A stretch of 64,000 nucleotides of DNA, from assembly GCF_009834535.1 (NCBI RefSeq), contig NC_045696.1, forward strand, positions 112,222,001 to 112,286,000, written 5' to 3'. The stretch is from Camelus ferus. Taxonomy: Eukaryota. Made by a program: the position numbers and the translations under genes. How positions within the stretch are numbered: the first letter of the stretch is position 1; each line of letters opens with the position of its first letter. Under the pieces are notes generated by a model. The model saw only the letters and a list, made by a program, of their open reading frames with translations. It was not told the DNA's origin and made no database searches. Below are positions 1 through 12,337 of this stretch, piece by piece.

Positions 1-834
1 CGAAGAATTTCTACTTGGGGTCAGGCCCAAAATAGGGAGGGAAGCCATTCAGTGCTCTTCAACCTAAGTGGACTGTGTGTAATAACAAAAAACCTGCCAC
101 AGGAAAGGCAGTGCTTTGAGCTGCTCTTCCCAGCAGAAGATTGGTTTCTACAAGCCTAGCTCTTTGCTCTTCCTAGATTCTGGTTGGTTTCCACAAACCT
201 AGTTCTGCGCTCTCATCTGGTTCACTGGAAAAAGTTAGGGTCACTGCCATAATTCTAGGAGACGGCAAAGCGTCCCTGGGGACTTAAATGCCTGATTTTG
301 GTTTTATTGGCACCATGTTGTGAGTAGCCAATGGAGACGATGTGGAGTGAAGCAAGGGCTTCAGAATGAAGAGATCCATGGGGAAGCCTGGCTCCCAAAC
401 TTGCTCACTGTGACACCTCCAGACATCATGCAGCCCTGAGCCTCAGGCTGCCCACCCAAGAGTGGGGACAGTGGTCTTCCTCCATATGCGTGAAGGTCCT
501 ACAGCAGATGGTTGGGTTGACTTCCCAAGCCTCCATGATACTTCCTTCTACTTGAAGAAGTTGAAAACATAAACACTGTATTTGCCAAATAGTCTTCCTA
601 GGGGTTTGCAAGGTGGAAGTGAAGCGGAGATCAAACTCCCGTGGTGGTGAATGCTGTCAGGGAAGCTCCCAAGGATGTGCGTGTTGTGGTGGCAAGCTCT
701 CCCAGCCCAGCGTGCACTGAGCTTCGTTATCAACAGCCACCTGAGCTGGGGTTGCAGCTACGGTGGTGTGACCCATGAGACAGGGGGCAGCACCCTGGCT
801 TCTCCTCCAGCTCTTCCAGCCATGCTACGGGCAC

Positions 835-1310
835 CTGATTCACTCAGCAAATATCAAACATTGTCTCTACTCCAGGTACTGATTTAGGCCTGTGGGACTC
901 ACCAGTAATTAAGAGACATGGAATCATATCTGTGAATACTCTGCCATCTAGGTGGGGAATAAACAATAGGCATTAAAAAAAAATTCCGTATTTTAAAAAT
1001 TATTCAGTGCCGAAAAACAGAAAAAGTGAAACAGTGTAAAAGGAATTAGAAATGCTGGAAGTGAGAGTGAATAATAGTTTTAAAATCAGGCAGTTGGGGT
1101 AAGCCTCTCTGCAAAGGTGACATTTAAGGAAATCTCTGAAGGAAGAGGGAGTTGGCTCTTCTGCATAGAGGGGATAGTCAGGACAAAGGTCTCTCAGTGG
1201 GAGCGTGACTGGGGAATTCAAGGAACAGGAAAGAATCCAGTGTGGTTGAAGGTAGCCAAGGACGAAGAGGGTAAAAGGATATGACGTCCATCAAATAATG
1301 AATGGCCAGA
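835..1310 (-). mobile_element. L2 LINE 3' fragment (ancient)
   Basis: Begins ATTCACTCAGCAAATATCAAACATT...CCAGGTACTG, the degenerate reverse complement of the L2 3' end, followed by L2-like purine-rich internal sequence. Confidence 0.65.
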
Positions 1311-4300
1311 TCTGGAACCTAATTCCCTCTATTAAATCCCTTTCTGCTTGAAACAACTAGAATGACCTCTCTTTTCTCTGCTGCACTGATTGATGCATAC
1401 CCTTTGCACAATTTTATTCTAACCTTTATGCAATTGGATTGAAATTATGTCTGCACCCACGCCAAAGATGTGGCCTCATGATCTCTGTACTCCAAACACC
1501 TAGCCCAGGGCCTCACAGAGCCGGCACTTCATACATAATATTTAACACCATGTGAGCACAGCTATTTCCAAACCTCTGCCTCTTCCAAATGGAGGCTTCT
1601 CTGTGGGACGATGGAGTCTCCAATATGGCTGGACATGTCGGAGAATAAAGATCTTTCTCACTGACGTAATACATTTAGTATTCTAATGAAGTAATTATAA
1701 AAGTAAGTAATTATTGAAATAGCCGCATCAACTCCCAGTCATTAAAATCCTCCTAAACAGAGCTGGCATGATGGCTTAGGCTATTAGAAACCTTGGCAAC
1801 CACCCAACGCCTACAATAGCTTCTAATTAATTGATCTCACCTCTAATCTGCTATTGTTAGCCCAGTGCCATCATTTGTTTGGCCTACAGATCCTATTGCC
1901 CCTTCCTTTGGATTGTATTTGTTACTGTACCCTGTCTATCTCTTTCAATTAAGCACAGGTTAAGTGGTTCACCCGCAAGAGAACAGGAGATAATGGCACC
2001 AATCAAAGTAATCTCTTTAATTTGCTAAATGGATTACAGGGAAACCCCAGCCAAAGTGAAGTCATAGCTAGTGGCCTTCACTTGAACTACTCATAAAGAG
2101 TATCTAATTATTAACCCACCATGAGCCGAACTTCATGGAGGAATAAATGTCTTCAGAGTTACCAGGTATACGCAGTTTTCAACAGAAGAGCTGGCTCTCT
2201 GGGACTAAGCTGTTCCCATGGTGAAAAGTCCCCACTGGCTCCTTTCCCACATTTCTCGCTCGCCTTCACTTACAATTGCAACACACGTCCTCGTGTACCA
2301 ATCAAAGTACTGCCCAGCGCTCCAGTCAGGAGAGTGGATTTATCATCTCTTTGAGGACATGCTCTGGCTAGAACTCATTTTTCTTATTTGTACTATAAAT
2401 GCAAATGCAGTTTCGTAGGCATGATGGCTCTGGCTTTTGCTGACTCTGAAAAAATACATATATTTAAGAGTAAATAAGTTTGTCCCTCAGCTGGTTAGTA
2501 ATCTCCTTCTTCTTGTGACCCTGCTTATTCTGTCCCTTAGACACACATCTCCCCCCCACCCCACCCCCACCCACAACTGTGAGACCCAGGGTCGGGTAGA
2601 GTATAGAAAGATTCCACACCACTAGGATTCCTGGCTTTGCACATGTCCTTGGTTCATCAAGCAAGCAAAGGATGTTAAATCTGGTTATTTCCCAGTAGAA
2701 GAAGAATAAGGGGTAACAGCAAGAATAAAACTAGAAGGCAAAAAAATACAAAATAAAACTCTGTGAACTTCTCCAAGACGGAAGCACCCAAATTGTAATT
2801 TGAAAAGTTCAAAATATATGGCATAACCTTTATGTCTTCAAGACTCCCAGCTTTCTGGAATCACTGTTTTTTTCAGTATCCAACTAAAATGACTTGACCT
2901 CCAATGTCCCATGTTCTGCGGTGAGTCTTGTGCCTTCTTGACATTTCTGAGCATTTCTGAGGAGGCGTGTGTCCAGGTTATTTCCACTCAGCACTCCTGC
3001 TCTTGACCCATCTCTCAACCTTCTCTTCCCGTCTTGCCTCCTGGGGCATTTGACCTTCTTTTTGTCTTCCCTCTTTAGACCAAAGACTGACCTAACCCCT
3101 CTTCCTCCATTTCCTAAAGCACCACTGACACAGGATGTGTCATCTAATTTTACTAAAGTGTGGAGCAAAATCATTGCGTCTGTAACACAGAGCGCAATAG
3201 GAGATGCCTGGTAGTAGGTGTTAGATATTACTCAGGCTCAACTGTCCTCACCACAGAGCAGTTATCACTGGCCGTATTTCCTCAGGGGCTCTGACCATCC
3301 ACCATATTTTTTCAGAGCCACTCTAATCTTCTCTTCCATCTCCTCCCTTTTGGTTCCAACCTTTCTCTCAAGTTGCCAGGAAGAAATACTTTTTCCATAG
3401 GTCAATAATGATGTCCCTTCTCTAGATTTGCTCTGGGATCTACCTTTGTGCAGACAAAAGAGTTTTTAAGGTCTTGTCTCCATCAAGAATCCTCTTCATT
3501 CTTTACAAGCAATCCTGAGTTCCTGGAGCAACCTATTTAAACTTCAACTGGCTTGAAAAGAAGAGTTTCTTATCCCCAGGACATCCAGCACCCACTCTGT
3601 TTAAGATGCAGGAGTGGGTGTAAGAGAGAAAAAGAACACAAGATAAGGGGCACCCTCTGCTTTTCGGCATTTATAGTATAGCAAGGGAGGTGAATACACA
3701 CCCAAGAGGCAAGTGGTGAGTGGGAGGAAGTGGAAAGGCAGCAGATCCAACTTTGTTTCCCCTGCTGGATAATGCTGGGCACGTGGACATGATAGGCAAC
3801 CTTTCTGGGTTTCAGTTTTAGGTAAAATAGGGACATGGATATTCCATTCCCCGCCTTGTTTCCAGGGTGGCTGTGAGGATAAAAAGGAATGGTGTGTGTA
3901 GAAGGGGTGTGGAAATCATAAAGCCTGGTACACGGCACAGCACTGCTGTGCTTACCACATGAGAAGGAACATTGAATAAGCGGTACAGGTGCATCTCCCT
4001 GCTGGTGTGTGATGGTTTGGGGTTCAAATGTTAAAATGTTGGCGCCATGCTTGGAGGGGCTGAAAGAAACTAAACACTAAACAAAATCAAGAATCATTAC
4101 AATGAAATCACAGCCACATATCTCAGAATCCCCCTAAATCTACGTAAGCTTTCTTAGCTCTCACATGTGGTCCCCTTTAGTGTTTCTGATTGAGCAGGAG
4201 GTCATGGCCCCAACTCTGTTCTCTAATGTGCTCATAAGGCCAAGCTCCCTATAATCTGGTAAATATGTAAATATGTAAATTTCCCTTGTGGCTGCCCTGA

Positions 4301-4599
4301 TATTTTGCTCTCTCTATCCCCTTACTTTGAGTAAGCTATATCTTGGTTTCCACCTGTTTATATGATCTGCTCAGGGTCTCTTTGATAGAGGGTGTTATGA
4401 TTGAGTGGAGTTTAAGCTGCGGTAGAAATAAAATCTACATATCAACAGATACTCGGCAATGCTCCAGAGTGGAGACACTGGTGTACCTGTGTTCGTTGAC
4501 CTAGAGTTAAGAACTATTGCTGTAGATCCTGAGCAACATATGCATTTGGAAGGCCTGAGATTGGTTAGAGAATATTTCAAGAAACATGCTGGACTTTTT

Positions 4600-5430
4600 C
4601 CACAAATGACAAATGCTGGAGAGGGTGTGGAGAAAAGGGAGCCCTCCTACGCTGCTGATGGGAATGTAGTTTGGTGCAGCCATTATGGAAAACAGTATGA
4701 AGATTCCTTAAAAAACTGAAAATAGATTTACCATATGATCCAGCAATCCCACTCCTGGGCATGTATCCAGAGAAAACTCTAATTAGAAAAGATACATGCA
4801 CCTCAATGCGCATAGCAGCACAATTTACAACAGCCAAGACATGGAAGCACCCTAAATGTCCATCGACAGATGACTGGATAAAGAAGATGTAGTATGCATA
4901 AACACACACACATGCACACACACACATACACACGTATATATGTAAGTATTACTCAGCCATAAAAAAGAATGAAATAATGCCATTTGCAGCAACATGGATG
5001 GACCTGGAGATTGTTATACTAAGTGAAGTAAGCTAGAAAGAGAAATAACATTACCATATGATGTCACTTATATGTGGAATCTAAAAAAGTAAAAGGACAC
5101 AAATTAACTTATTTACAAAACAGAGACTGACTCACAGACATAGAAAACAAACTTGTGGTTACCAGGGGGAAAAGGGGATGGGGAGAGATGAGTTGAGAGT
5201 TTAGGATTTGCAGATACACACTACTACATATAAAATAGATAAACAACAAGGACCTACTGTATAACACATGAAACTATATTCAATACCTTGTAATGGCTAT
5301 AATGAAAAAGAATAATAAAAGGTGTATATATACATACACACACACACACACACATACGTATAAATCACTATGCTGTACATTAGAAATTAACACAATGTTA
5401 TAAATCAACTCTACTTCAATAAAAAAAATT
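4600..5430 (+). mobile_element. Relatively young 5'-truncated L1 (ORF2 C-terminus, 3' UTR, A-tail) with TSD
   Basis: Translates to [13 protein letters not shown]...WCSHYGKQY; includes CCATATGATCCAGCAATCCCACTCCTGGG and AATAAAAAAAA at ~5418. TSD aagaaacatgctggacttttt (4579-4599) / aaggaacatgttggacttttt (5463-5483). Confidence 0.93.
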
Positions 5431-5659
5431 AAACAGAGTTTTTGACACAACAAAAAACCGAAAAGGAACATGTTGGACTTTTTGATGGGTTCAGCAAAAA
5501 CAGTAGACTAGGGTCTCCCTGAAAGGGGCAACTCTTAAATTTGTATCACATTTAGAGTTTGCAACAGGTTCACATACATTATCTCATTTAATCTTAACAG
5601 TAAACCTGTGAGGATGATATTATTGATTTCATTTTTTAGCTCTAGATCAACAGATGCTT

Positions 5660-6080
5660 AGAAAGGTAAGCCCACAGAAATGTGCACACGTGCGCCCAAA
5701 GGCACGTACAAGATCGGTAGTCGCTACACTGTTCACAAGGGCTCCAAAATGGACACAACGCAAGTGTCCATCCTCAGGAGAAACACACATGAAAGTTAAC
5801 ACTATTTCCTCACAGCAGTGAGAGCAAACCAAACTGCACTCCACTGCACAAAAGGGGTGAGCCTCTCAAACATCATCTGCGTCAGAGAAGGCAGACACAA
5901 AAAAGAAACTACTGCGTGATTCCACTTACACAAATTACGAAAGCTGGCTGTCAGAGGTCGGAGAGTGGATGTGCTTAGGGCAGGGTGGTGACTGAAAAGG
6001 AGAATGGAGGGGGCTTCAGAGGTACAAGCCATGTTCTGTTTCTTGATCTCGGTTCTGGTTACCCGTGTGCTCACTTTGGA
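5660..6080 (+). mobile_element. Old L1M (L1MC/ME-like) 3' fragment
   Basis: Degenerate L1 3' motifs: AAGTGTCCATC, TCTCAAACATC..AGAAGGCAGACACAAAA, TGATTCCACTTACA, TGTTCTGTTTCTTGATCT. Confidence 0.7.
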
Positions 6081-7809
6081 GGCTAATCCTGGTTCACAGA
6101 CTGTTATTTGAGAGCCACTGCTTTTTGGGATCTGGGTAAAACCCAGCTGGGCAGGAAGTCTCCTTATGGTTTCTGATCCATAGATTTCATGCATCTCTTT
6201 TCTCTTTATTTCTCCTGTAAGCGAGAAGCTTATCTTAATAGGGACCCGCTGAGGCTTTCTGAGTGAGTGGAGTAGGGTGGTTTTGGGTGGCTGAGGTCTT
6301 GGACCCCATGCCCTAGGCCGCTCTGCTAGGGGTCCACCCAGCTCCAGGCTGCCCATCCTCCACTGGCACTGGCCCCCACCATGCAGTCCGCCAATTCTTC
6401 GCTACCTGCCTGGAATTCTTCTTTACCAGCTCCTCCTTAAATTATGCCTTTGAGCCTCTGCTCTGCTCCTTGAACAAGTATCCAGCTAGCTTCTGGAAGT
6501 TACCTAGTGACACATGGATATAAGCTTTGCTGTTATTATGATTGGCCTTGAATAGAGATACCCTTGATCTATAATTTCAACCATGCAAATAAATATTCAT
6601 TCATTGACCCATTCATTCATTTTTTTTTCCTCTCTTCTTTTCTGCTTCCCTGTCCAACCTCTTATCAACCAGAAAAGATGACTAGGGCTGGATCTAGGAC
6701 ATAAGTTTCCAGTTTATGAAATGTCCATTCTACAAACTGCTGTCGAGATATACTGTATAGGTCAAGTTCTCTTGATCCCTGGATCTGGTAACCAGCCGTA
6801 CGGGGAGACCTGACAAACCTGGTCGGCACACAGCCGCTGGGCTTACTACCAGGGAATCTGCTCCCTCCCAGGTATCTGCACGTGGACTTTGAGCTGGCTT
6901 TGCTTTCCCCAGGTCTTTCCCATATGAAGTGTTCAGCCTGTTCTTCCTATGATCGCTCTTTGAAATCTGAGGGGCAATATCTTCTGACACTTTTTCTTTT
7001 CCCCCAAACTTTACAAGTAGCAGTTACTGCTCCAGGGATTACTCTGACTAGCTTTGAAGTGAGGGAAAATGAGGTGTGAAACAAATCTAACGAAATTCCT
7101 TCTATTTCAACTTCATTTTTTTTTTCACATTCCCATTCCACAGGTTCCCTATTTATTGTTTTTATGATGTCCATGTATTTTAAGGCTTTTACATGAATTA
7201 TCTTATTTGATCTTTCCATCATTTCCACGATGTAAACTTCATATTATAAACCTCACGTTACAGAAGAGATAACTGAGTGAACTAGGGATGTCCTAGTTTC
7301 TCATGAGATACTCTGTCTGGCTCTGACTTTGCTGCCCATTTTAGGATAATTTCATTCAATTGAACAAACATGGTGATGCTAGTCCCTGAGCTTGGCTTCG
7401 GGGGTTCAGCCACGAACAAAGTGGGCCTAGTTACTGTCCTCCTGGGGCTTCTAGGCTATAGGGCATAAAAATATTGAACATACATGCTTCTGAGAGTCCT
7501 ACATATTATCAAAAGGGGCAGAGCATAGGGTCCTCCTGTGACTCTGACAGTGTAAGGGGGTAGCTTCTGGTTGTTATAGGCAGCGAGCCAAGTGCTAAAA
7601 AACCCAGAACTGAATGAGCTAGGACTCTGAGTTTTTAAGGGTGCTGCACTGAGGGCCTGTGAGTACAATGACTGAGAAGATACAGGGCTGCTGATACAGA
7701 GGAGCACATGAGAGCACGGGGCCAGGGGAGGCTTTAGGTCTCATTTGAAAAAACACTTCTAGGCTTCCAAGCTAAAGCTGCCCTGCTAAGTATCCTTAGA
7801 TGGCACATG

Positions 7810-8229
7810 GGGTTGAGTATTGGCTCACACCTTCTCCTGCCCTGCCTGCCCCGGCCAGGGTCAGTGTGGAAGCAGGACGCTTCCCCACCCGACTGCTGTG
7901 GGGCTTGGTCATTGATTTGCTTTGGCCAATGGAATGTGGGGAGAAGTGACAGTGTGCCCGTCCTAAGCCTAGGCCTTGAGATACTTTAAGTGTTTCCTCT
8001 TGTTCCCCTGGTACTTCTGCCATCATCGTGAGAAGGCTGTGTAAAGAGGCAGCTGCTGGCCCAAGAGGAGCAAAGTGGAACCCAGCCTGCACCCTGGGCC
8101 AAGCCCTGATCCCACCTCACCCTTCAAGACCCTGCAGAGCCCAGCTCACTACAGAAAAAAAGCCTGTTGTTATAAACCACTGAGATTCGGGGGCTGCTTG
8201 CTTCACGGCATATTTACAGCAAATATACA
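7810..8229 (+). mobile_element. MaLR (MLT1-type) solo LTR
   Basis: TTGCTTTGGCCAATGGAATGTGG..AGAAGTGAC, AAGCCTAGGCCTTGAGA and the 3' motif TGTTGTTATAAACCACTGAGATT...ATACA. Confidence 0.8.
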
Positions 8230-8507
8230 CCAGGATTGCCTTGGTGTATATTTTCAGACAGCCAGGCTCCAGAATTTTGACTTTGTTTCCCTGCTGTCTC
8301 TCTGGCTCTGGGAGAGAGAGGCTTTTCCTGATCACTCTGTATCAAGGGGCAGTCCCTCGCCGGCAAGTCACCCTTCACCTTTCCTTACAGTCTACATAAC
8401 CATCTTACATATGATGTATTGATTTATTTCCAGGCTCTCCCCCTGCCTCCCCAAATGTGCTCAGCTAATATTGCTTTGTAGTGTGAGTAACTGAGTGACC
8501 AGATCTA

Positions 8508-8665
8508 GAGTGGTTCCCAGCCATGGCTGCACACTGGAATCTCCAGAGAAGCTGACACCCCTCACCCCCTCCCCAAACTAAAGCCTGGATCCCAGTAAGA
8601 TTCTGATTATATTGATCCAAAGATTCACTGCCGGAGTGATTCTTACACGCAGCAAAGGTTGAGAA
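8508..8665. mobile_element. MER5-type hAT-Charlie MITE
   Basis: AGTGGTTCCCAGCCATGGCTGCACACTGGAATC ... GATTCTTACACGCAGCAAAGGTTGAGAA. Confidence 0.65.
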
Positions 8666-9892
8666 GGTGTGGGCGCTGGGCTCAGAGGCCACCCCGCACA
8701 GAACGCCACGCTTGTGGCTGCAGCTGTCTCCTGGAGGTGCTTGAAAAGGATCTTTCTAAAAGCAGGACGCCCAGGCATTGCCCAGACATTCAGCGGTGGA
8801 TTATACGAGGAGACGGGCAGATACTGAAGGAGTGAAATATTTGCAATAGGGCAGTCAAGAGCCGGCTAGCAACGGCTTTCCTATTCTGAGGCACTTACAG
8901 GTTGATTCATGGGCAATTTGAAGCCATGAGCAGTTACGGTGATGAAACAGCTAGACCAAATGATAGCCCATTCCTTATCTTTGCCAGCGAGCACACTCTC
9001 CCCTCTGCCTGCTGTCACACACACTGTCACCTTGAAAGGTGTTATCCCATCACTGTCTCTGATGGGATGAGCTGGGAGATGTCACTTCTAACAGCACATG
9101 AGAGATGGGCCCGTTCAAAGACGTATTAGACAGCCTCTAAGAAGCCAGCCTGCTTTGGCGAAAGGCAAGAGGGAAGAAACTCAAGTCACAGCCAGATTAG
9201 AATGTCACGTAAAAAAAACTTTCACCTCAGTGCCCATTAGGTGATGGTTTTAAAGGCTAGCGGTAAAAGTTTCTGGAGAAGGAAATGAAATGATTGCACA
9301 GTTGAGCAGCTGGAAAGACTTGGGATGCAAAAATAAACATTAGCTTATCGTGCACAATAGCCGAGGCCAGCTAGAACCCTTTGTAAGATGCCCAAACATC
9401 AGTCATGACTCTGCACTTGGTACAACATGTAGATCCACACAGGAGCCACTAAAACTCTCAGCTGAATTCTAAACAGTGGAGGACTGCCTTGTATTGGTGG
9501 CCTGCCCACCCCCACAATGCCGCCCAGTACACTGAGACCTCTGAGGGCTATTTGGGTAAGATCAGGGCTATCTGAGGCTTGTACAGCATCAGCTTAAAGT
9601 GGGTATAAAAGATTTATTCCCCTAATTTACTAAGTTGGATGATATTTCCCAGGCTGACAGATTGTGGGTGTGAGGGGAGATCACCCCTCTCATTAACATG
9701 GGAGGATCCCGAGGTCCAGGCAGACAGGGACTCATCCAAGGTCCACAATCAGTCAGGAGGAGGGCTGGAAATTGAACCCAGGTCTCCTGTGTCCCTGTTC
9801 AGGGCTCTTATCTGACGTGCTCCCAGTGGCTGAGCCAGGGGCTGAGATGCCTTGTGATAAAATGACTTGTGGTACTAGGAACAGTCTTAGGG

Positions 9893-10058
9893 TCATGGTT
9901 CTCAACCCTGGCTGCATACTTGAATATCTGGAAGAATTTTTGAAAAATCCAGGCTGCAAACCAGAGCAATTAGTGAAGACTTCCTGGGGATGGGCCCTAG
10001 GCTTCTGCATTTTGAGAAGCTTTCCAGATGATTCCAATCTGTAGTCGAGAACTGCTGC
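9893..10058. mobile_element. MER5-type hAT-Charlie MITE
   Basis: CATGGTTCTCAACCCTGGCTGCATACTTGAAT ... CCAGATGATTCCAAT ... GAGAACTGCTG with degenerate TIRs. Confidence 0.75.
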
Positions 10059-10239
10059 CTAACAGTATTTGAGTGATGTTGGTGAAAACCCAGTTTTCAA
10101 AGGGCCTGCCTGAGAAGACTGCAATGTCCAGGTCCACCCAGCAGCTTCAGTTATACAGGAGGTGGAGGTCAAATCAGCAATATTATCTCAACCTCACACA
10201 ACCCAAGATGAACAAGACTTTAAAGCAAGCACAGAACTA

Positions 10240-10435
10240 CCCATAGAACTTTCTGCAAAGATGGAACATTCTGTGTCTGCACTAATTTGTTGCCACTAGC
10301 CACATATGGCTAATGAGTGTTCAAAATGTTGCAGCTATACCTAAGAGACAAAATGCTAGCTCTTATTTCACTTCAATTATTTTATATTTCAATTTAAATA
10401 GCCACACGTAGTTAGTGACCACTGTATTGGACAAC
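10240..10435. mobile_element. MER3/MER33-type hAT MITE
   Basis: ATAGAACTTTCTGCAAAGATGGAACATTCTG..GCCACTAGCCACATATGGCT..AATAGCCACACGTAGTTAGTGACCACTGTATTGGACA. Confidence 0.8.
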
Positions 10436-11459
10436 GAAAAGAAGGTCTCAGAACTGTCCCAGGCAGACAATAGAAAATGTGCAGGTGACAAAGACAAGTA
10501 TTTTAATTTTAAACTGCGCAGTTGCTTATTTATCCTATACATGTCATTAGCTTGCTTAACAAGATTTGATATTAAAACAAACAAACAAAATACTTAGCAG
10601 ACAGTAGCTTGTGGTAATAAAGGCACGGGTAACACTGATTCTTTAAAAAGTGCTTTGTGTACTTTGGTTTTCCTTTATAAGAAAGATTTACTGAATTGTA
10701 TGGGGAAATTCTTATCTTGGAGTGGTAACGCATATGGTGAGAATGAGTGAGGAGCACCTGCGATCTCAGAGCAACTGCTCTGCTCTCAGAAGCTTAAAAG
10801 AATCATGTTGTAGGAAGGCTGGAGCTATTGTTTTATCTGATGACAACCTTTCCGTGGAAACTCTTCCAAAAGCAAGTTATTTGAATGCCAATGTCAACTT
10901 ACTCTCCCAGAAACACAGAAAGCACCAAATTCTCCTAAGGCAGAGGCCCTGGGCCAAGGAACACGACTTAGCTTTTCTGATCGCCTTTTTTCAGTTCAGG
11001 AAACAGACATGATTTTAGGCTATGCATTTGAGATGAGATTCTTGGGAAGCTGGTAGGCTGATCCCATATGACTTTCCAACAGTTAGTTATTTTTGGTTAG
11101 CACTTTATTTTCCCTGAGAAAAACCATATCATGCTCGTGGAAATGCAAACCCACTGTCATCTCTGTCTTGAGAGTTTATCTCATTCTTAAATGCTTGACA
11201 GGGTTTCTTGGTTTACCCTAATAAAAATGGAGGAATTGGAAGTTTAAGGCATAGTCCAGCATACCTCGGGGTTGCAGCATCTCCACCAGCTTCATTTTAC
11301 AAATTGTAATGCAGAGGTTATGGGCGACTCCTGATGCTTTGCCAGCCCGGGTATGAGCACTGCTTCTATTTCACTTCATTTATGGAGTGAAAGAAGATCT
11401 GGTCAAGGGGGTGGGCGGACTCAGAGGAGACAGCATGGGAGAGGGTGCCTCAAGGCTGA

Positions 11460-11640
11460 AGTCCTGATGCCAGACTTGCCAGTAATATAACCTTGGGTCA
11501 CTCAGTTTCTCTGAGATCCATTTTTCTTATCTGCATAATTGAGATAAGAACAATGTTACCACAAGGGGGGCTGTGAAAACATCATAAGGTGATGTATGAT
11601 TATGTGTTTTGTGAACTCAAAGTATTATTCAGGTACGAAT
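11460..11640 (+). mobile_element. MIR SINE
   Basis: ACCTTGGGTCACTCAGTTTCTCTGAG...TTTCTTATCTGCATAATTGAGATAAGAA core. Confidence 0.6.
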
Positions 11641-11809
11641 TATCAAGGTGTGATAGCATGGCCAATTCTTTCCCTATAAGTCCTAGTACAACTTTTTTGT
11701 TTTAGATGCATTGTACATTTGAGCCAATATGTAAACATTTCATTTGCCTCAAACATGACACTCTTAAAAAAAAAATATATATATATATATATATGTATGT
11801 ATTTATGTA

Positions 11810-12008
11810 CAGTTGACCCTTGAACGGCACTGGAGGTTAGGGGCACTGAACACGCATGCAGTTGAAAATCCGCATACAACTTGCCAGTTGCCCATCCATC
11901 CGTACCTATGGTTCTGCATCTGCAGATTCATCCACTCGTGCATCGTGTAGTACAGTAATGAGAAAAAATCCACAAATATGTGGATCCATGAAGTTTAAAC
12001 CCATGTTG
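11810..12008 (+). mobile_element. Tigger-derived MITE missing its right TIR
   Basis: Starts TA|CAGTTGACCCTTGAAC. Ends ...TTTAAACCCATGTTG, whereas the related copy at 39942-40114 continues TCGAAGGGTCAACTG|TA. Confidence 0.85.
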
Positions 12009-12178
12009 CCACTTTCAGGGAGATCCTAGTCTACTGTTTTTGCTGAACCCATCAAGAAGTCCAACATGTTCCTTTTTGGTTTTTTGTTGTGTCAAAAACT
12101 CTGTTTAATTTTTTTTTAATTGAAGTAGAGTTGACTTATAATGTGTTAATTTCTGGTGTACAGCATAGTGATTTATAC

Positions 12179-12274
<96 letters not shown>

Positions 12275-12337
12275 ACTTATTCTTTTTCATTATAGGCCAT
12301 TACAAGGGATTGAATATAGTTTCCTGTGTTTTACTGT
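12005..12337 (-). repeat. Inverted copy of 5256-5532 (L1 3' end plus unique flank) with expanded (TA)n
   Basis: 12005-12110 is the reverse complement of ~5429-5532 with 4 substitutions by eye. Homology continues through the L1 3' UTR to ~12337. (TA)n lies at ~12194-12269. Confidence 0.95.

Noticed and set aside
122..213. Direct repeats as a CRISPR-like array
   Set aside because: Only two degenerate units in mammalian DNA, with no cas genes.
9604..9611. TATAAAAG TATA-box match
   Set aside because: No CpG island, downstream exon or other promoter evidence.
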